Source of the DNA: Gammaproteobacteria bacterium
GTDB taxonomy: Bacteria > Pseudomonadota > Gammaproteobacteria > Eutrophobiales > Eutrophobiaceae
Direction: 5' to 3'
DNA: 64,000 bases
NCBI GenBank assembly: GCA_965207165.1
Contig: OZ242265.1
Span: 809,101-873,100, forward strand
This document shows, in pieces, positions 1-9,621 of the stretch. The translations under genes and the position numbers were made by a program. The notes beneath the pieces were generated by a model. That model made no database searches, was not told the DNA's origin, and saw only the letters and a program-made list of their open reading frames with translations. Numbering within the stretch: position 1 is the stretch's first letter; every line of letters starts with the position of its first letter.

Positions 1-1635
1 ATGATTGCCATGGAGGCCTTGCTGGTGGGTCTGGCGGCTACTGCTGCCGGTCTGCTGTTCGGTATCGCACTGGCGCACGGACTGCTACAGGTCGTGAACC
101 GCACCTTGAACGAAGTGTATGACCTGCTCACGGACGCGAATCTCACACTGTCGCATTTTTCATTGATAAAGGGCGCATTGCTGGGCACGGCAGGGACGCT
201 GCTGGCAGCCATGCCCGCGGCGCTGGAAGCAACCAGGGTCACCCCGGGACAGGCGCTGCTGCGTTCCCACCTTGAAACGTCTGCACGGCGCGTGGTGCTG
301 CCCGCGTCCCTTGCAGGCGTTGTTGCGCTGTGCGCAGGGGTTGCGGTTATCCAGCTTTCCAGCCCCGGTATCGGGCTGGGTTTCAGCGGGATATTTGTCA
401 TTATTATGGGTGTTGCCCTGTTTATACCCCTGGTGACCGTTGCCTTGATGGCCTGTTTAAAACCCCTCCTGGGCGGGGTCTTCGGTATTTCAGGCCGCTA
501 TGCCTGCCAGTCGGTGTCGGCTTCCCTGAGCCGCACCACCGCGGCCGTCGCGGCCCTGATGATCGCCATCGCCACGGTCATCGGCATAGGCCTGATGGTC
601 AATAATTTCCGTGTTTCCGTGGACCGCTGGTTGCAACAGGCGCTGCGGGCGCAGATGTACGTATCGCTGCCGTCGACAGGTACGACGGCCTCGGCCCGCG
701 CGTTGGACGCCGGGCTGGCGGATGCCATCCTTGCATTGCCGCAGGTGAGCGCAGTCAGCAGTGTGCGGCGCATCAACATTGAATCGTCCCGGGGCCGGAC
801 TGAGCTCGCCGCCTACGGCCTGAACGAGGTCGCATGGGAAGGGTTCCGCTTCAAACACGGCGATGCGGATGACATCTGGACTGACTTTCGCCAGCAAGAC
901 ACGGTCATTGTTTCCGAGCCCTATGCCTGGCGTCATGGACTGAAACCGGAAGATGTGCTGGAACTCCGCACCGATCACGGCAACCGGTCGTTCCGGGTGC
1001 TGGGCGTATACAAGGATTACGGTTCCGACCAGGGTGTGGTCAGCATGAGCCGGCGCACCTACGAACGCCACTGGCGCGACGACCGCTATTCGGGTTTCGG
1101 TATATACACACAGCCCGGAACGGACCTGGAAGTGTTGCGCAGGCAGGTACGGCAACTGGCGCCTGAGCGGGACCTGTGGCTGCAGGACAGGGACAGGATA
1201 CTGCAGACATCACTGGAGGTATTTGACAATACCTTCGTCGTCACCGAGATCCTGCGGGTGCTGGCGGCCGTCATCGCCTTTATCGGCGTGTTCAGCGCAC
1301 TCATGGCGTTACAACTGGAGCGCCGCCGGGAACACGCCCTGCTGCGGGCCGTGGGTTTTCTGCCCGGGCAGGTACGGCGGCTGATAATTTCGGAAACCGG
1401 CCTGCTGGGTCTTGTTGCCGGACTGCTGGCGGTCCCCGTGGGTTGTCTCATCACCGCCCTGTTGATCCTGGTCATCAACCGCCGCTCCTTCGGCTGGACC
1501 ATGGAATTGCAGTTCAGCGCGGACATCATGCTCCAGGGCATTGGCCTCGGTCTTGCCGCGGCCCTGCTTGCCGGCATCTATCCCGCCTGGAAGATATCCC
1601 GTGCGGAACCGGCCGAGGCCCTGAGAACGGAGTAA
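1..1635 (+). CDS. ABC-transporter permease, FtsX/MacB type (AttF/AttG-like); 5' end truncated by window edge
   Basis: Reading frame is open from base 1 and the product begins inside a TM helix. It has TM bundles around a ~190-aa soluble loop and a C-terminal FtsX-type 4-TM domain. An AttH-like lipoprotein gene follows 4 nt downstream. Confidence 0.8.
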   Translation: MIAMEALLVGLAATAAGLLFGIALAHGLLQVVNRTLNEVYDLLTDANLTLSHFSLIKGALLGTAGTLLAAMPAALEATRVTPGQALLRSHLETSARRVVLPASLAGVVALCAGVAVIQLSSPGIGLGFSGIFVIIMGVALFIPLVTVALMACLKPLLGGVFGISGRYACQSVSASLSRTTAAVAALMIAIATVIGIGLMVNNFRVSVDRWLQQALRAQMYVSLPSTGTTASARALDAGLADAILALPQVSAVSSVRRINIESSRGRTELAAYGLNEVAWEGFRFKHGDADDIWTDFRQQDTVIVSEPYAWRHGLKPEDVLELRTDHGNRSFRVLGVYKDYGSDQGVVSMSRRTYERHWRDDRYSGFGIYTQPGTDLEVLRRQVRQLAPERDLWLQDRDRILQTSLEVFDNTFVVTEILRVLAAVIAFIGVFSALMALQLERRREHALLRAVGFLPGQVRRLIISETGLLGLVAGLLAVPVGCLITALLILVINRRSFGWTMELQFSADIMLQGIGLGLAAALLAGIYPAWKISRAEPAEALRTE

Positions 1636-1638
1636 CCG

Positions 1639-2814
1639 ATGTCAGGGCGTAAATTCATGAAATTCGTGAAGGTAATTTTGATCCTGCCGGCAGTCCTTGC
1701 AATGTCCGGCTGTGCCGAAAGGAGTGAAGGGAACAGTGATGAACCGATTTCCGTCGCTAACGTATTGCGCGGCGATCCTGCCCAGGCCTTTGCCCGGGTT
1801 GGTGAGCCGCGAACATTCATCTTCCCGGCCGACCATGGCCCCCACAACGAGTATCGCACCGAATGGTGGTACTTCACCGGCAACATCGACGCGGGCGAGG
1901 AACACCGCTTCGGCTACCAGCTCACCTTTTTTCGGTTCCGGCCGAGAGCAGGGGAGACAAGCGGCTCTTCCCGCTGGCGGGCTGAACATTTCTACATGGC
2001 CCACTTCGCCTTGAGCGATATCAATAATGAAAGGATCCATGCCTTTGAGCGCTTCAGTCGCGGCGCCGCGGGTCTCGCCGGCGCCGGTGCGGACAGGTTG
2101 CATGTCTGGCTTGACGACTGGTCTGCAGAAGCGGCATCACGGGAGACATTCCCCCTGCGCATCCGCGCAAGGCAAGACCGGATCGGCCTGGACCTTACCC
2201 TGCAACAGGGCAAGGCTGTCGTCCTGCACGGTGAAGACGGCGTCAGCGTGAAGAACGGCGAACCGGGCAATGCCTCCTACTACTACTCGTACACCCGCAT
2301 GCCGACGGCGGGCAGCATCAGCGTTGGAGATACGGCCTACACGGTACGCGGCAACAGCTGGATGGACAGGGAGTGGAGCAGCAGCGCCCTGGGCAGGGAA
2401 CAGGTCGGGTGGGACTGGTTTGCGCTGCAACTGTCAAACGATCATGAACTGATGTACTACCGTTTCCGCCGCGCGGACAACGCGGTTGACCGGTTCAGCT
2501 ACGGCGCGGTTATTTTCCCGGACGGGAGCATGCACACGCTCGGTTTCGACCAGGTAGAGCTGGATATACTCGATACCTGGCCGAGCCCCGAAAGCGGTGT
2601 AACCTACCCGTCCGCATGGCGCCTGCGGGTGCCGGCACATGGACTCGACCTCAACATCCGTCCGGCGCTGGCCGGCCAGGAACTGGACCTGTCGTTCCGT
2701 TACTGGGAGGGCGCGGTGGAATTCGACGGCGCGTTCGGCGCAAACGAGGTAAACGGTCGCGGCTACGTGGAGCTTACCGGCTACGATGCAACTTCCGCGC
2801 CGCGAACCCGGTAA
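1639..2814 (+). CDS. AttH/CrtC-like (hydroxyneurosporene-synthase fold) lipoprotein
   Basis: N-terminal signal with a Cys lipobox-like site (LAMSGC). The EWWYFTGN motif and overall pattern are typical of the AttH/CrtC lipocalin-like family. Tightly coupled to the upstream FtsX permease. Confidence 0.7.
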   Translation: MSGRKFMKFVKVILILPAVLAMSGCAERSEGNSDEPISVANVLRGDPAQAFARVGEPRTFIFPADHGPHNEYRTEWWYFTGNIDAGEEHRFGYQLTFFRFRPRAGETSGSSRWRAEHFYMAHFALSDINNERIHAFERFSRGAAGLAGAGADRLHVWLDDWSAEAASRETFPLRIRARQDRIGLDLTLQQGKAVVLHGEDGVSVKNGEPGNASYYYSYTRMPTAGSISVGDTAYTVRGNSWMDREWSSSALGREQVGWDWFALQLSNDHELMYYRFRRADNAVDRFSYGAVIFPDGSMHTLGFDQVELDILDTWPSPESGVTYPSAWRLRVPAHGLDLNIRPALAGQELDLSFRYWEGAVEFDGAFGANEVNGRGYVELTGYDATSAPRTR

Positions 2815-2855
2815 ACAGCAGTCAGCTTACCGGGGTAAGAATCAAGGTCCGTAAA

Positions 2856-3275
2856 TCAGGTCCAGCCCAACTCATCTAATGCCCACGCTGAGTTCCATAT
2901 TTTCACCATGCTGGAAACAAGGTCATTATCATCGAGGGTCAGCACATAGACGTAGTGCGAGTTGGTCCGTTTGTTTGTCGGCGGCACCGGTCCGCCTTCA
3001 CCGGTATGGGTACCTGAAAACGTTGCGAAATACAGTGCCGTTCGCGTTGCCTCATTATAGGACGATGCGTGCAGTTCGTAACCGCAGTCGGGCATCAGGT
3101 TAAGCCCGAGGCCTGCCATCCATTCGGCATACCCTTCAACCGTATCTACTTCAGCCAGGGCGTCACTCTGCGCAACAAAGCCTGCGCCGGGCGCAACATA
3201 TTGTTTACAGCCATTCCAGCCCTCAAGCCCTTCACAGGCGTGGAAAAAACGGTTTGCGTTGTCAAATGCGGACAT
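2856..3275 (-). CDS. SnoaL-like / NTF2-fold protein (putative ester cyclase)
   Basis: 139 aa with size and sequence pattern like SnoaL polyketide-cyclase-like proteins. Divergent from the GntR gene. Confidence 0.5.
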   Translation of the reverse strand: MSAFDNANRFFHACEGLEGWNGCKQYVAPGAGFVAQSDALAEVDTVEGYAEWMAGLGLNLMPDCGYELHASSYNEATRTALYFATFSGTHTGEGGPVPPTNKRTNSHYVYVLTLDDNDLVSSMVKIWNSAWALDELGWT

Positions 3276-3338
3276 GTGCGTCTCCTAAAGTTGATGTTTG
3301 CTCCAAGTACCAGGTTTTAATTTATCGCAACAGGTGAG

Positions 3339-3352
3339 TATTGTATACAATA
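3339..3352. promoter_or_regulatory. Perfect 14-bp palindrome TATTGTATACAATA, candidate GntR/FadR-family operator
   Basis: Read directly from the sequence. It lies in the divergent intergenic region between the SnoaL-like gene (start 3275) and the GntR gene (start 3420). The core TGTATACA fits the t.GT-n-AC.a type of GntR-family sites. Confidence 0.45.
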
Positions 3353-3419
3353 TCAATCAAAACGATTGGTTATACAGCCCTGCAACATACATGACAGCAC
3401 ACCGCACCGGAACTAATAC

Positions 3420-4091
3420 ATGACCAGGAATAAAGGTGTTATCGTCCAGTCGGAGCGTCTGCGCGATCAGATCTATAAATTGATCCGGGACGATTTGCGC
3501 ACCGGCGCGCTGGCGCCCGGTGAACGGCTGGTTGAAGTGAGCCTGGCAAAAAAACTGGGTGTATCCCGCACCCCGGTGCGTGAAGCGCTGTTCCAACTGG
3601 CCAGTGACGGTTTGCTGGCCGAGTCCAGCCGGGGTTACATGTTACCGGTACACACTACTGAGGAAATCAGGGACAGGTTGGAGATACGCAGGCTGCTGGA
3701 ACCGGAAATACTGCGCCGGGCATGCGAAGAAGCCAGCAGCAGGCAGATTAAATCATTGCTGAAAGCCCTGGAAGAAGAGAAGAAATATATCGATGCGGAA
3801 GATGCGAGCAAGTTCATCGGCGCCAATGCCAACTTTCGCCTGGTGCTGTTGAGCCTGTGCAAAAATCAGTTATTGACGAGGTGCGCAGAGCTTTACGACG
3901 ACCAGTTCCAGTGTTTCCGTATCTGGGGGTTGAATGAACCCAGGGGCCGGGAACTGGCAGTGGGCTCCCATGAAAAGATCTGCAATGCGATCAAGGACAG
4001 GAAACCTGCGGCGGCGGTTAAAGCCTTGCAACAGTTACTGGACAGGGTAGAACAGATGCTGGAACAGTACCGCGACAGTGTGGCATCGTGA
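3420..4091 (+). CDS. GntR-family transcriptional regulator with FCD (FadR C-terminal) domain
   Basis: N-terminal winged HTH (LAKKLGVSRTPVREAL) followed by a helical FCD-type C-terminal domain. Confidence 0.85.
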   Translation: MTRNKGVIVQSERLRDQIYKLIRDDLRTGALAPGERLVEVSLAKKLGVSRTPVREALFQLASDGLLAESSRGYMLPVHTTEEIRDRLEIRRLLEPEILRRACEEASSRQIKSLLKALEEEKKYIDAEDASKFIGANANFRLVLLSLCKNQLLTRCAELYDDQFQCFRIWGLNEPRGRELAVGSHEKICNAIKDRKPAAAVKALQQLLDRVEQMLEQYRDSVAS

Positions 4092-4145
4092 ACTCCCGCC
4101 ATTGAGCCGGGTGCTGTTGCGACAATTTTTTAAGGGGAAGTCACT

Positions 4146-5105
4146 ATGAAGCGCTGGCAATTTATGTATGTTGTATTAACGTTGGCTGGGTTCTTTTCAC
4201 TGCAGGCAAGTGCGGCAGGGGAAGAGGATGGACAGTGGTACCCGTCCAGGTACGGCGCTGCCGACACCATCGGCGCGGCCAACAACCTGTCCCCGGAGAA
4301 AACACTTCTGGCAACCAGGCTGGTCAAACAGGGCAAGGCTGTTTCCCTGGCAATAGATACCGGCGCGGATACGCCGGCCCCACCGTTCCGCTCCTACCAG
4401 ATGCACATCATGCACCCGGGTGACGGGACCGGCGCGCCGGGCGGCCCGCTGCAGGCCACGTCAAACGATGACATGATGATAACCTGGCTGGGTATCGGGA
4501 CCCAGATCGACGGACTGGGTCACGCGGGCATCAACCACCGCTATTACAACGGCGTTCATGCAAGGGATTTTGTCCGCCCCTCCGGCCTGGCCAAATTCGG
4601 CACGCACGAGATACCGCCGATAGTTACGCGTGGTGTGTTACTGGATATGGCCGCATTCCTGGGCCATGACATCGTGCCGGCAGGAACCGCGTACGGCCGC
4701 CGGGATATTGAGGGAGCAGCCGAACGCCAGGGACTGCGTATAGAACAGGGGGACGTGGTCCTGTTACATGGCGCCTGGATGAAAAACTACGAGGAGGGCG
4801 GCGGCGCCTGGCTCTGGCACGGCTGGCCGGGATTGAATGTCGAAGGCGCGCAATACCTGGCCGGACTTGGTGTCGTTGCCGTCGGAGCGGATAATGCCGG
4901 GCTGGAGGCCTGGGACGGGACGGGCGGCGCGCCTGGCTCCGGGGTACACCAGGAATTGCTGGCCAGAAACGGTGTTTATATTATCGAGGGAGTGTGGACC
5001 CTGGACCTGGCTGCTGCCGGGGTTTCCGAATTTCTGTTCGTGCTGGGGCAACCGAGGTTTGTCGGTGCGGCGCAGATGGTGGTAAATCCCATAGCCATCT
5101 ACTGA
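4146..5105 (+). CDS. Secreted cyclase-family protein (kynurenine-formamidase-like fold)
   Basis: Sec signal peptide (MKRWQFMYVVLTLAGFFSLQASA). GIGTQIDGLGH and VGADNAGLE motifs resemble the putative-cyclase/KynB family. Confidence 0.65.
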   Translation: MKRWQFMYVVLTLAGFFSLQASAAGEEDGQWYPSRYGAADTIGAANNLSPEKTLLATRLVKQGKAVSLAIDTGADTPAPPFRSYQMHIMHPGDGTGAPGGPLQATSNDDMMITWLGIGTQIDGLGHAGINHRYYNGVHARDFVRPSGLAKFGTHEIPPIVTRGVLLDMAAFLGHDIVPAGTAYGRRDIEGAAERQGLRIEQGDVVLLHGAWMKNYEEGGGAWLWHGWPGLNVEGAQYLAGLGVVAVGADNAGLEAWDGTGGAPGSGVHQELLARNGVYIIEGVWTLDLAAAGVSEFLFVLGQPRFVGAAQMVVNPIAIY

Positions 5106-5131
5106 AACAGGTAAATATGCTCTATGCCGGT

Positions 5132-6379
5132 TTACCCGGCGTCCCTGTTCCAGTCCGGGTATTCCCTTAAAAACAGTAACATGGCGGCTGCCGCCACGAT
5201 CAAGGCGGCATACGCGACCAGGACGCCCGTATAAGACCCCATTGCGTCGTAACCCAGCCCCAGTACCAGCGGACTTAAACCGGACCCGATTATGTGTATT
5301 CCGTAAACAGAGCCGTAAAGTTCACCGTAGGAGCGTGTGCCGAAGTAGCGGCTGATCAGGTAGGCGATAATATTCGGGTTACCGCCGCTGCCGAGACCCA
5401 GCATAACGCCTATCAGGAATGCGGCAGGCCCCACCACACCCGACAACATCAACAGGATGGAACAGACCGCACAGGCGGAAAAGGCAATGGCCACATGGGG
5501 CGCAAAGAAACGGTCGGCCAGGTAGCCTGCGCCGACGCGTCCGATAATCGTGCAAAGGCCGCTGACGGAAAACACCAGCGCTGCCGTTGATGCCGCCATG
5601 CCCCAGTCGGTCAGCATGGGCACCAGGTGGATGCCGAGCCCGTTCACGCCCAGGCCGATGCCGACGAACGCGACCAGCATTATCCAGAATGTCTGTGTCT
5701 TGCGCGCCTGCGCAGCAACCAGCCCGTAAGCCTGTTGGTTTTCACTGCCGGCCTGCTGTGCCGGCTGGTCGTCGCCGTCGGCGCGCAGGCCCATTTCACC
5801 GGGTGTTTCCTTCAACAGCAGCCATACCAGCGGTATGGTAATTGCCGCCATGGTGACGGCCAGCCCGACGTATGCCAGTCGCCAGCCCGTTAATTCGATG
5901 AGGAACTGTGCATAGGGCGCAACAATGGCGTTGCCGAGCCCAACACCCGCCATGGTCATGCCCAGGGCGAGTCCGCGCCTGCGGTTGAACCAGTTGGTAA
6001 CTACCTTGGCGTAGGCCACCCCGCCTGTTCCGGAACCGGCGATGCCTATGCAGATAAAACTGATATACAGGTGCAGTATCGATTCGGTCAGGAAATACAG
6101 CGAAGCGACAAGACAACCCAGGATCAGTATCGACGGGTACAGAACCCGCTTGGGGCCGAAGCGGTCCACCAGGCGGCCGGCTACGGGCATGGCAAAGGAG
6201 AGCGACAAGGCCGCCAGGGTGATGGCCAGGGAAATATCACCCCGTTCCCAGCCAAACTCGGCGGCCAGGGGTTTCATGAACAAACCGAGTGACAGGATTG
6301 CTATGGGCGCGATACTCAGCGCCATGCCGGCAACAGCTGCCGACACCACCCACCAGCCGAAGAAGATCCTGTTTACCAT
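5132..6379 (-). CDS. MFS transporter
   Basis: About 12 TM helices with the GRLVDRFGPKR loop motif between TM2 and TM3. Overlaps the upstream SDR stop by 7 nt. Confidence 0.85.
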   Translation of the reverse strand: MVNRIFFGWWVVSAAVAGMALSIAPIAILSLGLFMKPLAAEFGWERGDISLAITLAALSLSFAMPVAGRLVDRFGPKRVLYPSILILGCLVASLYFLTESILHLYISFICIGIAGSGTGGVAYAKVVTNWFNRRRGLALGMTMAGVGLGNAIVAPYAQFLIELTGWRLAYVGLAVTMAAITIPLVWLLLKETPGEMGLRADGDDQPAQQAGSENQQAYGLVAAQARKTQTFWIMLVAFVGIGLGVNGLGIHLVPMLTDWGMAASTAALVFSVSGLCTIIGRVGAGYLADRFFAPHVAIAFSACAVCSILLMLSGVVGPAAFLIGVMLGLGSGGNPNIIAYLISRYFGTRSYGELYGSVYGIHIIGSGLSPLVLGLGYDAMGSYTGVLVAYAALIVAAAAMLLFLREYPDWNRDAG

Positions 6380-7071
6380 GGGTTAGCCTTGCCGTCCTGG
6401 TTGAAGTACCCGCCTGAATTTTCCAGAGTCAGGCCGGTTATTGCCTGCCGGACCTGTGCAACACTCTCCTCCGGCGAAAGCGGGGCATGCGCTCCTCCCA
6501 TATCCGTGCGCACCCAGCCCGGGCTGATTGCGGCGGTAATGACACCCTGTTCCGCCAGGTCAAATGACAGGGCTTTTATGATCGAATTGCCGGCAGCCTT
6601 GCTGGCCCGGTAACTGTATTGCCCGCCGCCCGTATGGCCGGCTGACAGGGCAGTGGAAGCCTTCAGGCTGGAGATATAGACCAGTTTTTTCTGGTTGCTC
6701 GCGGCAATATGACCGATAAATGCCTCGGCAATTATCAGGATCGGGAGTGTATTGATGCGGAATATCTGCAACCGCTCGGCGTAACCCGTTTGCCGAAACC
6801 CGTCCTCGTGGTCGATGCCGGCATTTTGAATAAAGACATCTATGGCCGTTCCTTCAAGTTGTGCGGCGAGAGCATGAATAGCATCGTTATCGGTCACTTC
6901 AAGCGGGTAAATGTCACAATTCCCCCGGTACTCTGCGCCGGTTTCCCGTAGTTCCCGGGCCTGATCAGGTTTCCTGCAGGTGGCGATGATACGCCAGCCG
7001 TCACGCAGGTATTGGCGGACAAATTCCAGGCCAAGGCCGCGGTTGGCGCCGGTAATCAGGACGGTCGGCAT
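6373..7071 (-). CDS. Short-chain dehydrogenase/reductase (SDR)
   Basis: TGANRGLG cofactor motif at the N-terminus and a YxxxK catalytic motif (YRASK). Confidence 0.85.
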   Translation of the reverse strand: MPTVLITGANRGLGLEFVRQYLRDGWRIIATCRKPDQARELRETGAEYRGNCDIYPLEVTDNDAIHALAAQLEGTAIDVFIQNAGIDHEDGFRQTGYAERLQIFRINTLPILIIAEAFIGHIAASNQKKLVYISSLKASTALSAGHTGGGQYSYRASKAAGNSIIKALSFDLAEQGVITAAISPGWVRTDMGGAHAPLSPEESVAQVRQAITGLTLENSGGYFNQDGKANPW

Positions 7072-7102
7072 GGAAGATGGCCTCTGTGCATCCGGGCGTT
7101 AT

Positions 7103-7510
7103 TCAGCCGGCTTCCGGCCTGTCTTTCCCGTGCAGCCAGAAGATGACCAGGAACAGGACGACCCCCAGGATGCCGAGCGCCGATCCGCCGCGGAATATGA
7201 CTACCAGGGTTTTCGTCCCGACCAGGATATTCTGCAGGAACATCCACCAGCCCAGGTTCATGAAAATGACACCGGCCACGGAACATATGAGATGGGTCAG
7301 TGCAAGAGAGCAGTCTTTCATGGCCGGGTAAATCCTGTAGACGACACCATAAATTGCCAAAGATACCCAGCCAAGCAGGTTGATGTGAGCGTGGATCTTG
7401 CTGTAGACAAAACTGTTCACGGCTACCATCCACAACCCTGTGCACATACCTACTACTGCGAAAAAGGCGCCGGTCAGGATGAATATCCTGTCGATGTTAC
7501 GCATGTTCAT
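7103..7510 (-). CDS. Small 4-TM membrane protein of unknown function
   Basis: 135 aa with four hydrophobic helices and a conserved-looking HAHINLLGW motif. Sits between the PQQ dehydrogenase and SDR genes on the same strand. Confidence 0.5.
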   Translation of the reverse strand: MNMRNIDRIFILTGAFFAVVGMCTGLWMVAVNSFVYSKIHAHINLLGWVSLAIYGVVYRIYPAMKDCSLALTHLICSVAGVIFMNLGWWMFLQNILVGTKTLVVIFRGGSALGILGVVLFLVIFWLHGKDRPEAG

Positions 7511-7561
7511 GTTTCAGTCCTGCCATATTTTCTTTTAGCGTTAGTTTAACCGGAAAAGGTA

Positions 7562-9535
7562 CTAGTATCTCCTGTCAGGCAGCGCAAATGCCAGTACGTA
7601 GTCGCCGCGTTTGTTTTTGACCTGTCCGTGTCCGCCGGAAGTCAGCACGATGTACTGGCGATCGTTGACGCTGTAGGTGATCGGTGTGGTTTGCGACCCG
7701 GCAGGCAACCGGTAACGCCAGAGTTCTTCCCCGTTGTCTATATCAAAGGCGCGGAAGTTCTGGTCGAAGGTCGCGGCGATAAAGATCAGTCCGCCTGCCG
7801 TGATGATAGGCCCGCCCATACCGGGAATACCCAGGTTCAGCGGCACGGGGATGGGCAGCCACTTTTCAATGGACCCCAGGGTTACGTCCCATTTAATCGT
7901 TCCGTTGCTCAAATCGACCGCCGTGAGTCCGCCCCAGGGAGGAGGGCTGCAGGGCGCCCCCAGCGGGGACAGCAGCATGGCCTTTTTCAGGGCATAAGGG
8001 GTCCCTTCCATCGGCTTGGCGGCATACAGGTCCAGGGTCGCTCCATCCCCGGCTGACTTTTTAATTTCGTCTATCGGGATCAACTGCAGTATTTCGGCGA
8101 TGCGGTTGGTATTGATCACCATCAGGTTGCGTTCCGGGTCGAACGCAGGGCCGCCCCAGTTGGCGCCCCCGCCGTTCCAGGGTACGGCCGCGGTGCCCTG
8201 CAGGCTGGGGGGTGTATAAATACCGCCGTGCCGCAGGTTTTCAATGGTTTCACGGCACTTGCCCCTGTCCCAGAAGGTAAACCCCCAGGCGTCTTCAGGG
8301 GTAATCCTGTGAAAGATGAGGGGAGGGGGTTTAACGGGAAACGGTTGCGTGGGTGAATACCATTCTCCCGGGACATCTCCCCGGGGAACGGCCCGCTCTT
8401 CAATGGGGAATATGGGGTCGCCGGTCTCCCGGTGAAACACGAACACCATGCCCTGCTTGGTGTTCTGAACGACGACGGGGACCTGTTGCCCGTCTACCGG
8501 TATGTCGACCAGCAACGGTTGCGAGCCGATGTCGTAGTCCCAGATATCGTGATGCAGGACCTGGTAATGCCAGACTACCTTGCCGGTGGTCCCGTCCAGG
8601 GCAACCAGCGAGTCCGTGTATTCGTTATTGCCCTTGCGCAACCCCCCGTAATAATCCGGCGCGGCGCTGGAGGTAGGCAAAAACACGAGATTACGTTTCT
8701 CATCGACGGCCATGTTGCCCCACACGTTGCCGCTGCCGGTGGTGTAGGCGCTGTCATCGCTCCACGTTGCCATGGCCGGGTCGTCCGGGTCCTTGGGTAT
8801 GGGATCGAACTCCCACAGCCTGGCGCCGGTGCGGGTGCTGAAAGCCTGGACTTTGCCGCTGGGCGTATCAAAACGGTGTGAATCCATGATCGCCGAACCG
8901 ATCACCAGCGTATCGTTGATAATGACGGGCGGCATGAGGTAGCGGATTTCTCCGGAATAGGCCAGTGGTTTGTTTGCCGGCGCCGCTATCCAGCCTTGAC
9001 CGCCGAATTCCGGGCACGGAAGCCCGGTGCGCGCATCGATGGCAAAGATTCTCAGGTCGTTGGTGCCAAAAATTATCCGGGTGCGGCAGGCGCTATGCTC
9101 GTCAAGGCTTTCATCGCTCCACGCTGCCACGCCCCGGCAGGCGTAGGGGGCCGGCAGTTGCAGGTCCATGGATACGTCCGGGTCGAATACCCAGCGTTCC
9201 TGCCCGCTGGCAGGATCAAGCGCAATAACCCGGTTGAACGGCGTACAGACGACCAGGTTGCCGGCTATGGTGACAGGTATGTTCTGGTCCTTGCTCTGGG
9301 CAAACTTGTCTCCCCGGCGCGCCATTTCCCCGGTGCGGTAACGCCAGGCGATCTCAAGGTCTTCGACATTGCTGCGGTTGATTTGCGTAAGCGACGAGTA
9401 ACGCGTTCCCTCCGGAGTGGCGCCATGGACGGGCCATCCCTGGTCGGCTGCCTGGGCCAGGGTCATGGATAACAGACTGCTTCCGGAACTAATTCCAATG
9501 ACCAGTGTTATCAAGAGATACGATGAATTTTTCAT
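7562..9535 (-). CDS. PQQ-dependent (quinoprotein) dehydrogenase, periplasmic
   Basis: Beta-propeller quinoprotein pattern (repeated W-containing blades, glucose/alcohol dehydrogenase family). Start moved to the internal ATG at 9535, which gives a clean signal peptide (MKNSSYLLITLVIGISSGSSLLSMTLAQA). The track extension to 9709 lacks one. Confidence 0.85.
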   Translation of the reverse strand: MKNSSYLLITLVIGISSGSSLLSMTLAQAADQGWPVHGATPEGTRYSSLTQINRSNVEDLEIAWRYRTGEMARRGDKFAQSKDQNIPVTIAGNLVVCTPFNRVIALDPASGQERWVFDPDVSMDLQLPAPYACRGVAAWSDESLDEHSACRTRIIFGTNDLRIFAIDARTGLPCPEFGGQGWIAAPANKPLAYSGEIRYLMPPVIINDTLVIGSAIMDSHRFDTPSGKVQAFSTRTGARLWEFDPIPKDPDDPAMATWSDDSAYTTGSGNVWGNMAVDEKRNLVFLPTSSAAPDYYGGLRKGNNEYTDSLVALDGTTGKVVWHYQVLHHDIWDYDIGSQPLLVDIPVDGQQVPVVVQNTKQGMVFVFHRETGDPIFPIEERAVPRGDVPGEWYSPTQPFPVKPPPLIFHRITPEDAWGFTFWDRGKCRETIENLRHGGIYTPPSLQGTAAVPWNGGGANWGGPAFDPERNLMVINTNRIAEILQLIPIDEIKKSAGDGATLDLYAAKPMEGTPYALKKAMLLSPLGAPCSPPPWGGLTAVDLSNGTIKWDVTLGSIEKWLPIPVPLNLGIPGMGGPIITAGGLIFIAATFDQNFRAFDIDNGEELWRYRLPAGSQTTPITYSVNDRQYIVLTSGGHGQVKNKRGDYVLAFALPDRRY

Positions 9536-9621
9536 CTTGCAAAAAACAGGGTGATGGCCGATAATCATTATGTATACAGAATACATTAATGGCAACATTA
9601 CAGTCTTCGGGGGACTTTGGA

